Assembly: GCA_035472975.1 (NCBI GenBank)
Contig: DATIOP010000022.1
Coordinates: 1-31,713 of the forward strand
Source of the DNA: Gemmatimonadales bacterium
Lineage (GTDB): Bacteria > Gemmatimonadota > Gemmatimonadetes > Gemmatimonadales > GWC2-71-9
Direction: 5' to 3'
DNA: 31,713 bases
Each line of letters opens with the position of its first letter. Position 1 is the stretch's first letter. The translations under genes were made by a program, and so were the position numbers. A model generated the notes under the pieces. That model made no database searches. It was not told the DNA's origin and saw only the letters and a program-made list of their open reading frames with translations. Of this stretch, positions 1 to 7,279 are shown one piece after another.

Positions 1-1384
1 GCAGCTGATTGAGGCCATCCGCTTGCACCAGGGCTACACCCTGGATGCGTCCGGTGTTGACCCGGTTCCCCAGTCTGAATCCCCGGGCATCAACGATCCC
101 CTGATCGATGTGCCACACCAGGAGACCAGGCCCCTTGGCACAGGAACGGGTACCGAACACGCACGCCTCATTGATCTGTGCGCTGTCGCTACCGATCGGC
201 TGCCGGTTTTCCAGCAGGAAGTATTCGTCGGTGTTGGGGACCCCGATATAGAGGACAGTATCGCTCGTCGAGACTGGACTCAGCCGAACCGAGCGCGAGG
301 TTCCCAGAGTATCAATCGCCACCCAGCCAAGCTCGGCGAGAGACCACGCCTCGAAGCGGGACGGGCTGTAGGGCTGGGTGTAGTTGCCGCTCCCCATGAT
401 TCCCCATTCGCCGATTCCCTGGGTTACCGACGGGCTGCGCAGGTCGGTGTCGTAGAGATCCGGAAGCCCGAAAGCATGCCCGGTTTCGTGGGCCACCGTT
501 CCCACCGGCATGATGGCGGATCCATTGCACGCGGTGGTCCCGCCAACCGCGCTCTGCATGGTGTAGTCATCCACCAGGATGAACTGACCGGGAAGGATTG
601 CTCCTCCCGCACCACGCCGCGGGCTTTTCGTTTTGTATGGCGAGCCGTTCCAGGCGCTCATGAAATAGCGGTGAGCCCAGATGCCGGGCGCCCCACACGC
701 GCCGTCCACCTTAGGCTGCAGGAAGGTGACGAAGTCCACCACACCGTCGTCATCCCCCGAATTCGGCAGACCGTCCGTTCCGTCGTTGTCGAACTGCCCC
801 CAATCCAGCGCGCCGGTATCGTTGGCCTTGAGCGCCTCGAGGAGCAGATCCACGAAGGGGCGCCCGCCGTGCGGGCATGAGACCTTCACGCCGACGCCGT
901 TGCAACCGTCTTCGTAGTACACATCGGCGCTGTCTGCCACGACCCAATCCAGCACCACCCCGCTGATGGTGACCGATCCCCGAGACATCTCCTGGTAGTA
1001 ACTGCGGACGCTGTACGGCTCGCTGGTGGGCGACGGGTTGAACAGGACGTTCTCGTACTGGGCGGCGGGGAATGGCGGAGTCGTGTTGCTGAAGGTGATC
1101 GGGACGACCGGAACGAAATAGGTGCCTGCGACACGCGTCATGGCGCTACGACCGTTCAGAACCGACAGAGCGCGCAGGCCGAGCAGCCCAAGCCGGTTGG
1201 ATCGCACTCGCTCCGAGCCCGTGCGCCAGGCCCCTTCGGGACGGAAATCGAACCCGTCTACTTCGAATCTCCCGATCCTGGACCGCGGGTATGCTTCCTG
1301 CCCCCCCAGCGACCCAATCTTGACCTGGTAGAAGCATCCGACCAGGCCAAGGACGGTACAGAAGTATCGAAAGCGGCTAGACAA
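1..1384 (-). CDS. M6-family (immune inhibitor A-like) secreted zinc metalloprotease, 3' end outside window
   Basis: Manual minus-strand translation (absent from the ORF track because it has no stop in the window) gives ...VAHETGHAFGLPDLYD...GIGEWGIMGSG..., i.e. HExxH plus GLPDLYD plus Met-turn, with DNDG/DDDG Ca-binding-like loops and a late VQADG motif. The start is uncertain: TTG at 1384 follows in-frame stops and gives a signal-like N-terminus. Confidence 0.85.
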   Translation of the reverse strand, partial: MSSRFRYFCTVLGLVGCFYQVKIGSLGGQEAYPRSRIGRFEVDGFDFRPEGAWRTGSERVRSNRLGLLGLRALSVLNGRSAMTRVAGTYFVPVVPITFSNTTPPFPAAQYENVLFNPSPTSEPYSVRSYYQEMSRGSVTISGVVLDWVVADSADVYYEDGCNGVGVKVSCPHGGRPFVDLLLEALKANDTGALDWGQFDNDGTDGLPNSGDDDGVVDFVTFLQPKVDGACGAPGIWAHRYFMSAWNGSPYKTKSPRRGAGGAILPGQFILVDDYTMQSAVGGTTACNGSAIMPVGTVAHETGHAFGLPDLYDTDLRSPSVTQGIGEWGIMGSGNYTQPYSPSRFEAWSLAELGWVAIDTLGTSRSVRLSPVSTSDTVLYIGVPNTDEYFLLENRQPIGSDSAQINEACVFGTRSCAKGPGLLVWHIDQGIVDARGFRLGNRVNTGRIQGVALVQADGLNQL

Positions 1385-1469
1385 GAAAGAAACCGGCTTG
1401 GGCTGAGTTCAGGCTCAAGTTAGCGGCAAAACCACGCCGGGGCGGGACCGTAACGACGCGGCGGGGTAC

Positions 1470-1536
1470 GGGTTAATGCCTAACCCCAATCCCCAGCTTG
1501 TGTCGAGTTGTCCAACCCGTTAGAATGTAACGGGTT
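1470..1536. promoter_or_regulatory. Two inverted repeats sharing a GTTA-N5-TAAC core (candidate operators)
   Basis: GGGTTA-ATGCC-TAACCC at 1470-1486 and AACCCGTTA-GAATG-TAACGGGTT at 1514-1536, in the divergent intergenic region. Confidence 0.5.
1498..1526 (+). promoter_or_regulatory. Candidate sigma70 promoter of the spt operon
   Basis: TTGTGT (1498-1503), 17-bp spacer, TAGAAT (1521-1526), about 50 nt upstream of the GTG start. Confidence 0.45.
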
Positions 1537-1578
1537 AGTGACGATCCCTCATCCGGCCAGCGATTGAATCGAGGCACC

Positions 1579-2784
1579 GTGGATATTCAGACTCTGCAGA
1601 CTGTCGCTCTGTTTGAAAAGTGCCGTCAGTTCACCAAAGCCCGAGAAATTCAGACCGCCGGGCTCTATCCCTATTTCAAGCCGATTTCCGATTCCGAGGA
1701 TACCTCGGTCGTCATAGAAGGTCAGAAGCGCATCATGCTGGGGTCGAACAACTACCTCGGCCTGACTCACCACCCCAAGGTTCTCGAAGCCGCCTCCCGA
1801 GCCCTTCATCGCTATGGATCGGGCTGCACCGGCAGCCGGTTTCTCAATGGCACCCTCGACCTGCACGGCCAGCTCGAGCGCGCCTTGGCTGAATTCCTCG
1901 GCAAGGAAGACTGCCTCGTTTTCTCCACCGGGTACTCGGCCAACCTCGGCCTCATTTCCGGCCTCATCGGCCGGGGTGAGGTGGTGTACCTGGACAAACT
2001 GGACCACGCCTCGATTGTCGACGGGGCCAAGATGTCCTACGGCGATACCCTGCGCTTCACTCATGGAGATCTTCCTGCGCTGGAGCGGATGATCGAGCGG
2101 ACCAGGAACGGCCGCGGCGCCATGATCATCGTAGACGGCGTGTATTCCATGGAAGGCGACATCGCCAACGTCCCGGAGCTGGTTCGCATCGCGAAGAAGT
2201 ACGGTATCGCGTTGGCCCTGGATGACGCCCATTCGATCGGCGTGCTGGGCCCCAACGGCGACGGCACGGCGGCCCATTTCGGAATGACCGATGACGTTGA
2301 TATCATCGCGGGGACCTTTTCCAAGTCTCTCGCATCGATCGGCGGCTTCGTGGCCGGCGCCGAGAGCGTGATTCACTATCTCAAGCACCACAGCCGCCCG
2401 CTCATCTTCACGGCCTCCCTGCCGCCAGCCAACACGGCCGGAGTGCTGGCGGCGCTCGAAGTGATCAAGACGGAACCGGAGCGGCGGGAGAACCTCTGGG
2501 CCAACACCCGCCGGCTTCAGGATGGCTTCCGGCAGCTGGGATACGACATCGGCGAAACCGAGACTCCGATCGTTCCGGTGCTGATCGGCCCGCTGGAGAA
2601 GACCTTCATCTTCTGGCGCAAGCTGTTCGACGCCGGAGTATTCACCAACCCCGTTGCGCCGCCCGCGGTGCCGCCTTCGCAGTGCCGTCTTCGCACCAGC
2701 CTTATGGCAACCCACTCGTTCGACCAGATCGACTTCTGCCTGGAGCAGTTCGCCTCGATCGGACGCGAGCTGGGGGTCATCTGA
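1579..2784 (+). CDS. spt: Serine palmitoyltransferase-like PLP-dependent alpha-oxoamine synthase
   Basis: Motifs MLGSNNYLGL, GSRFLNGT, DHASI, DDAHS and GTFSKS (PLP Lys, SPT-type spelling); adjacent to bCerS-like and CerR-like genes. GTG at 1579 follows GAGG; the ORF track starts at TTG 1564. Confidence 0.75.
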   Translation: MDIQTLQTVALFEKCRQFTKAREIQTAGLYPYFKPISDSEDTSVVIEGQKRIMLGSNNYLGLTHHPKVLEAASRALHRYGSGCTGSRFLNGTLDLHGQLERALAEFLGKEDCLVFSTGYSANLGLISGLIGRGEVVYLDKLDHASIVDGAKMSYGDTLRFTHGDLPALERMIERTRNGRGAMIIVDGVYSMEGDIANVPELVRIAKKYGIALALDDAHSIGVLGPNGDGTAAHFGMTDDVDIIAGTFSKSLASIGGFVAGAESVIHYLKHHSRPLIFTASLPPANTAGVLAALEVIKTEPERRENLWANTRRLQDGFRQLGYDIGETETPIVPVLIGPLEKTFIFWRKLFDAGVFTNPVAPPAVPPSQCRLRTSLMATHSFDQIDFCLEQFASIGRELGVI

Positions 2785-3923
2785 CCGCAGCAGACGTTCA
2801 GGTCCGGCCCGTTCAGGGCCGGGCCGATCTGGATCGCTTCATCGCACTGCCCTACGAACTCTACGCGCGGGACCCGCACTGGGTCCCGCCGTTGCGTATG
2901 GACGTGCGGAAACTGCTTGACCGCAAGAAGAATCCCTTCTTCGAGCACGCCGAGGCCGAGTATTTCCTGGCGGAGCGCGGTGGGAGGGTGGTGGGCCGGA
3001 TCGCCGCCATCGCTAACCAGCTGCACAACGAGACCCATCAGGACAAAGTCGGTTTCTTCGGCTTCTTCGAGTGCGAATACGATGAGGGAGCCATCCATGC
3101 TCTCTTCGCCGCCGCTACCGAATGGGTCCGGGCCCGAGGTTTCGATACCCTGCGGGGGCCGGCATCGTTTTCTGTGAATGACGAATGCGGCCTCCTGGTG
3201 GACGGCTACGACACTCCGCCCACCCTGATGATGCCGCACAATCCTCCCTGGTACCGGCGGTTAATCGAAGCCGAAGGATTCAAGAAGGCCAAGGACCTGC
3301 TGGTGTACCGCGGCGGATCTGAGGCGTCGTATGTCCCGGTCCCTGAGCGGCTGGCGCGAGGCACCGAGCTGATCCGGCAACGCCAGGGCGTCACCCTCCG
3401 GCCATTCAACATGGCCGATTTCAAGAATGAAGTAGAGAAGATCAAGGTTCTCTACAACCAGGCCTGGGAGAAGAATTGGGGCTTCGTCCCCATGACTGAC
3501 AAAGAGCTGGATCACCTGGCAGACCAATTCAAACCGATTGCGATACCGGAATTGATTCCCTTCGCCGAACACAACGGCGAAATCATCGGCTTCGGCCTGT
3601 GCCTGCCCGATCTCAATGCGATCTTTCGGCGACATCGATCCGGCCGGCTCACGCCGGCTCTCCTGGCGGACCTTCTCCTGACCCTTCGCTTCAACCGGCT
3701 CCGCCGGCTCCGCATCCTCCTCCTGGGCATCAAGCCGGAATGGAGAGGCAAGGGCGTGGATGCGATGCTGTATCACTGGATCTGGACCAAGTCGAAGGAG
3801 CGGGAGATTTATTGGGGTGAGGCGGGGTGGATCCTCGAGGACAACCCGGCCATGAACGCCGGTCTCGAGAAGATGGAATTCACCGTCTATAAGACCTACC
3901 GCATGTACGATCGACCGGTATGA
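2781..3923 (+). CDS. bcerS: GNAT-fold N-acyltransferase, bacterial ceramide synthase (bCerS)-like
   Basis: DPHWVPPL...KNPFFEHAEAEYFLA...VVGRIAA...GFFGFFE, WEKNWGFVPMT and GWILEDN match my recollection of the bCerS/GNAT family; directly downstream of spt. Start proposed at a CTG overlapping the spt TGA; the alternative is GTG 2682. Confidence 0.7.
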   Translation: MTAADVQVRPVQGRADLDRFIALPYELYARDPHWVPPLRMDVRKLLDRKKNPFFEHAEAEYFLAERGGRVVGRIAAIANQLHNETHQDKVGFFGFFECEYDEGAIHALFAAATEWVRARGFDTLRGPASFSVNDECGLLVDGYDTPPTLMMPHNPPWYRRLIEAEGFKKAKDLLVYRGGSEASYVPVPERLARGTELIRQRQGVTLRPFNMADFKNEVEKIKVLYNQAWEKNWGFVPMTDKELDHLADQFKPIAIPELIPFAEHNGEIIGFGLCLPDLNAIFRRHRSGRLTPALLADLLLTLRFNRLRRLRILLLGIKPEWRGKGVDAMLYHWIWTKSKEREIYWGEAGWILEDNPAMNAGLEKMEFTVYKTYRMYDRPV

Positions 3924-4918
3924 AGGCGCTGGTGACCGGGGCGACGGGGTTCGTCGGGAGTCACCTCGTCGAGGCACTCGTTGGGAATGGGGATGAAGTC
4001 ACCGCGCTGGTCCGCTCCCCCGGCAAAGCCAAACTCCTCACACAACTCGGGATCCGGCAGGTCCCAGGCGACCTGTACGACGCAGCCGCCCTGGTCAGCG
4101 CGGTAAGGGACCAGGACGTTATCTACCACGTTGCCGGGGTGACCGCCGCGCGCAACGAGGCGGACTTCCTCCGCGCCAATCGAGATGGGACCCACAATCT
4201 CCTCGCTGCCGTACATTCATCTCTTTCGACGGAGCCCTCCCATCGCGGCGGTGAGCCGCCGAGATTCGTCCTCGTCTCCAGCATGGCGGCGGGCGGCGCT
4301 TCGGAGCGGGGGCGGCCTCTCAAGGGAGACGAACCTCCCCGTCCAGTGACCGCGTATGGCCGGAGCAAGCTCGCCGGCGAGGCTGTCGTTCGCGTTTCAG
4401 CCCTTCCATGGACCATCATTCGTCCGCCGATGGTCTATGGTCCGCGCGATACAGAGGTGTTCAAGGTCTTCAAGCTGGTTCGCAGCGGACTGACCCCGGT
4501 ATTCGGAGATGGGCGACAGGAGCTTTCTGCGGTGACTGGCCCCGACCTTGGGCGGGCCTTGATGCTCGCCGCCACCAGCGCTGCAACGGTGGGTAAGACC
4601 TATTACGCCTGTCACCCTGAGGTCTTTACCAGTGAACAATTCGCCCATGCCGTTGCCGCCGCGATGCATCGCGAAGTGAGGGTGATCAAGCTGCCCAACT
4701 GGCTCGCCGTCGTTGCCCTCGGCGCGACCGGCGCCTGGGCCTGGGCCACCAAAAAGCCCACAATTCTGACACCGGACAAGGCGAACGAGTTCTACCAGCC
4801 GGCCTGGACCGGAGATCCAGCCGCTCTGATGCGCGATACCGCGTGGAGGCCGGCCCAGAATCTGGCAATCGGGCTTGCGGGCACGGCGCAGTGGTACCGG
4901 GACGCAGGATGGCTTTGA
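3920..4918 (+). CDS. NAD(P)-dependent epimerase/dehydratase (extended SDR); candidate ceramide reductase, CerR-like
   Basis: TGATGFVG Rossmann motif, VSS and YGRSK catalytic motif; ATGA overlap with the upstream gene. The family call is strong; the CerR function is inferred from context. Confidence 0.8.
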   Translation: MKALVTGATGFVGSHLVEALVGNGDEVTALVRSPGKAKLLTQLGIRQVPGDLYDAAALVSAVRDQDVIYHVAGVTAARNEADFLRANRDGTHNLLAAVHSSLSTEPSHRGGEPPRFVLVSSMAAGGASERGRPLKGDEPPRPVTAYGRSKLAGEAVVRVSALPWTIIRPPMVYGPRDTEVFKVFKLVRSGLTPVFGDGRQELSAVTGPDLGRALMLAATSAATVGKTYYACHPEVFTSEQFAHAVAAAMHREVRVIKLPNWLAVVALGATGAWAWATKKPTILTPDKANEFYQPAWTGDPAALMRDTAWRPAQNLAIGLAGTAQWYRDAGWL

Positions 4919-5850
4919 TGCAGGTAGAAGCCGGGCATCGCGTCCGTTCGCTCGAGTACCTGGTGGGCGGTTATCTCGTGATCACCAGCGTCCTGGCCTT
5001 GATCCGTCTCGAGAATCAGCCGGCGTGTGCGTGGGTGCTCCTGGCCAATGCGCTCTACCTCCTGCTGATTGGGCTGTTCGCGCGGGCGAAGCTGGGGCCG
5101 ATCGGAACGGGACTCCGCGAGATCTTCCCCCTGGTCCTGCTCACCTCGACCTATGGTGCGCTGGATCTCCTCAACAATTTCGGAGCCATCCCGACCCATG
5201 ATCAGTGGGCCATGCATGCCGACCGGGTGTTGTTCGGCGGTCAGATCTCGCGGGAATGGTGGCAGGCGCACCCCAGCCCGTTTCTCTCGACCCTCTTCCA
5301 CGCGTCCTACTTCGCCTACTACCCGATCGTTGCGGTACCCGTGCTGTACTTCCTGTTCACGGGGCGGATCGAAGCCTGCCGCCGCTCGGTCCTGTGGCTC
5401 ACAGCGACATTCCTCGGCTGCTATGTCCTGTTCCTTGCCGTTCCGGTAGCCGGACCGTACTACGATTTTCCACGACCCGACCCCGTGATCGTGGACAATC
5501 CAATGGCCAGGCTGGTCTATGCAACACTTGCCCGTGGGAGTTCCTATGGCGCGGCGTTCCCCTCGTCTCACGTGGCAGCCGCGCTCGTTGCCACGGTGGC
5601 GGGATTTCTCGGGGCCCGATGGATCGGATGGGTACTGACGGTGCCGTCGATCCTTCTTTGTATCGGAGTGGTCTACTGCCAGATGCACTACGGAGTTGAT
5701 GCCTTGGCCGGGGGAGCGGTTGGGCTGCTGGTGATCGGAACAGGCTGGTGGGCGGAACGTGGCGGGGAGGAAAATGAATCGAGGACCAAGGCGAGGCATC
5801 GCGCCTCACACTCGGTCCTCGACTCTCAAAACCTCAGTCCTCAGTCCTGA
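4918..5850 (+). CDS. PAP2-superfamily integral membrane protein, AUR1/IPC-synthase-like
   Basis: Several hydrophobic segments, with PVAGPYY, AAFPSSH and MHYGVD motifs and no K-x6-RP motif. ATG overlaps the upstream TGA (TGATG at 4916-4920). Confidence 0.75.
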   Translation: MQVEAGHRVRSLEYLVGGYLVITSVLALIRLENQPACAWVLLANALYLLLIGLFARAKLGPIGTGLREIFPLVLLTSTYGALDLLNNFGAIPTHDQWAMHADRVLFGGQISREWWQAHPSPFLSTLFHASYFAYYPIVAVPVLYFLFTGRIEACRRSVLWLTATFLGCYVLFLAVPVAGPYYDFPRPDPVIVDNPMARLVYATLARGSSYGAAFPSSHVAAALVATVAGFLGARWIGWVLTVPSILLCIGVVYCQMHYGVDALAGGAVGLLVIGTGWWAERGGEENESRTKARHRASHSVLDSQNLSPQS

Positions 5851-5856
5851 CTCCTC
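5814..5856. repeat. Degenerate heptamer array (AGTCCTC-like)
   Basis: GGTCCTC GACTCTC A AAACCTC AGTCCTC AGTCCTG ACTCCTC at the junction of convergent genes, overlapping the PAP2 stop. Confidence 0.45.
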
Positions 5857-5863
5857 GTCACAC

Positions 5864-6346
5864 CTACTGAACGGTGATCGTGCCCCGCATGTTGAAGGCC
5901 AGGTGAGGAGTACAATGGACGTGGTACACTCCCGCCGGAGCGCCCGCGAAGGAGATCTCGTAGGTCTGGTCGGGCTGGACCAGCATCGGACCCGTCAGCG
6001 GAGCGATCACGTCCTTCATCGCCTTATCGAGAACCGGCTGCCCGCCCGCCGGGATGCTATCCTTATCGAAGGCGACGTTGTGCGGGCCGCCGGAGTGGTT
6101 ATGAAAGCGCACGACGTCGCCGGACTTGATGGTGACACTCGCGGGATCGAACTTGCCGACCTTGCCGTCGAAATCCATGTTCACGTCAACCGTGTTGCCG
6201 GCGGCGGCCATCGCCTGCTGGCCCGACGGGGTCTGAGCCATGGCGGCACCCGTGTCCGCCGCGGCGGTCTGCTCCGGGGCCTTCTTTTCACCACCGCACG
6301 CGGCAACAGCGAGCAGCAGCCCCGCCGCGAGAGAAGTCACACGCAT
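5864..6346 (-). CDS. Plastocyanin/azurin-family blue copper lipoprotein
   Basis: Lipobox LAVAAC; type-1 copper ligands PHNV...CTPHLAFNM; GGAGG 9 nt upstream of ATG 6346. Confidence 0.9.
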   Translation of the reverse strand: MRVTSLAAGLLLAVAACGGEKKAPEQTAAADTGAAMAQTPSGQQAMAAAGNTVDVNMDFDGKVGKFDPASVTIKSGDVVRFHNHSGGPHNVAFDKDSIPAGGQPVLDKAMKDVIAPLTGPMLVQPDQTYEISFAGAPAGVYHVHCTPHLAFNMRGTITVQ

Positions 6347-6382
6347 TGCGACCATCCTCCATCAGAGTGTTTGAGAGCGGGC

Positions 6383-6400
6383 TTGTGAATTCGGGCACAA
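6383..6400. promoter_or_regulatory. Rex/CRP-like palindromic box upstream of the plastocyanin gene
   Basis: TTGTGAA-TTCG-GGCACAA: TTGTG-N8-CACAA is perfect; 2 mismatches to Rex TTGTGAA-N4-TTCACAA, 1 mismatch to CRP TGTGA-N6-TCACA. Confidence 0.5.
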
Positions 6401-6432
6401 AGATAGCGAGCCGGTCTGAAAATGGGAGGGCT

Positions 6433-7200
6433 GTGCCCTCGTGTTCCGGCCTGGGAAAACAGTGTCGTGAGCTCCCTGTGCTCCTCAAGATAGGAAGCCT
6501 CGAAGAAGGCCCCGACTCGCTGGATCATGAATCAACCTGGCTGCTGGGGCATACAGCGCAGGTTACCTTCGGCGAACTTCGCATAAAGGGGCAGGATTTG
6601 CTCGTTCCGGCGGTGCTCCACGTCACATGCCGGTATTTGAAGGAGGCGCCGACCGGCAAAGCGCGCTGTCAGATCCACGGCTTTGAAGGCCCGGCGCCTC
6701 CGGTCACGGTCGGAGCCCCTCAGCCCCGTCAGTTGGGCCCCGACCGGTTTCAGGTGATCCAGCGTCACCGGCCGGTCAGGAAGGTCCTCCCAAACGTGCG
6801 ACGAAGCCTCCCCGTGTTGCAGGGAGAGAACCCCTGCGCCACTGCCCCGTGTTCCACTGCCGACAACCGTCGTGGAGCTGCCTGTTGCCGGGACCTCCAG
6901 GTCGAGATCCTGTGCGAGCGCGACAACGTGGAGTTGGAGGCCCTCGTTCGTTCCCGTCGCTCCCCCTATCTTTGTAAGGTCACCAGGGAGGGGGATCATT
7001 CCCTGGAGGCCGAAATCATCTCGGCCTGCGGGTATCTCGAGGCCGGCACCCGGAATTGCTCGCTCCACGGCCGCACCAGGGAGGATGGCCGTCCGGCCAA
7101 ACCCGACCTGTGCAGCGACTGGCCCCCCAAGGGAAAGGGGCTGCATCCGGGATGTGTTTTCGGGCCCTCCTCGGGCCGGAAAAGAAAGAAAAAGTTGTAG
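6433..7200 (+). CDS. Cysteine-rich protein with two YkgJ-like (zinc/iron-chelating) modules
   Basis: 14 Cys; CRYL...RCQIH and CC...CGYL...NCSLH...KPDLC..WP patterns; GC3-rich codons. GTG start at 6433 is uncertain. Confidence 0.6.
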   Translation: MPSCSGLGKQCRELPVLLKIGSLEEGPDSLDHESTWLLGHTAQVTFGELRIKGQDLLVPAVLHVTCRYLKEAPTGKARCQIHGFEGPAPPVTVGAPQPRQLGPDRFQVIQRHRPVRKVLPNVRRSLPVLQGENPCATAPCSTADNRRGAACCRDLQVEILCERDNVELEALVRSRRSPYLCKVTREGDHSLEAEIISACGYLEAGTRNCSLHGRTREDGRPAKPDLCSDWPPKGKGLHPGCVFGPSSGRKRKKKL

Positions 7201-7279
7201 CAGCACAAACAGTCAAGTGTGTGGGTCAAACGGAGTTCCGCGTCAACCTTGGAGCCGCGGGACTTCCGGAGAAAAGCCG

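Noticed and set aside
23-880. 285-aa plus-strand ORF
   Set aside because: Antisense shadow of the minus-strand M6 protease, which has clear HExxH/GLPDLYD motifs.
1484-1497. CCCCAAT CCCCAGC (STRR1-like heptamers)
   Set aside because: Only two imperfect units, which could be chance; not counted among the arrays.
1579-2784. Annotation as BioF or Kbl
   Set aside because: No bio or tdh genes nearby; the GTFSKS spelling and the GNAT+SDR+PAP2 context favour Spt. Not fully excluded without a phylogeny.
6532-7206. 224-aa minus-strand ORF
   Set aside because: No recognisable motifs; it is antisense to the patterned Cys-rich plus-strand ORF.
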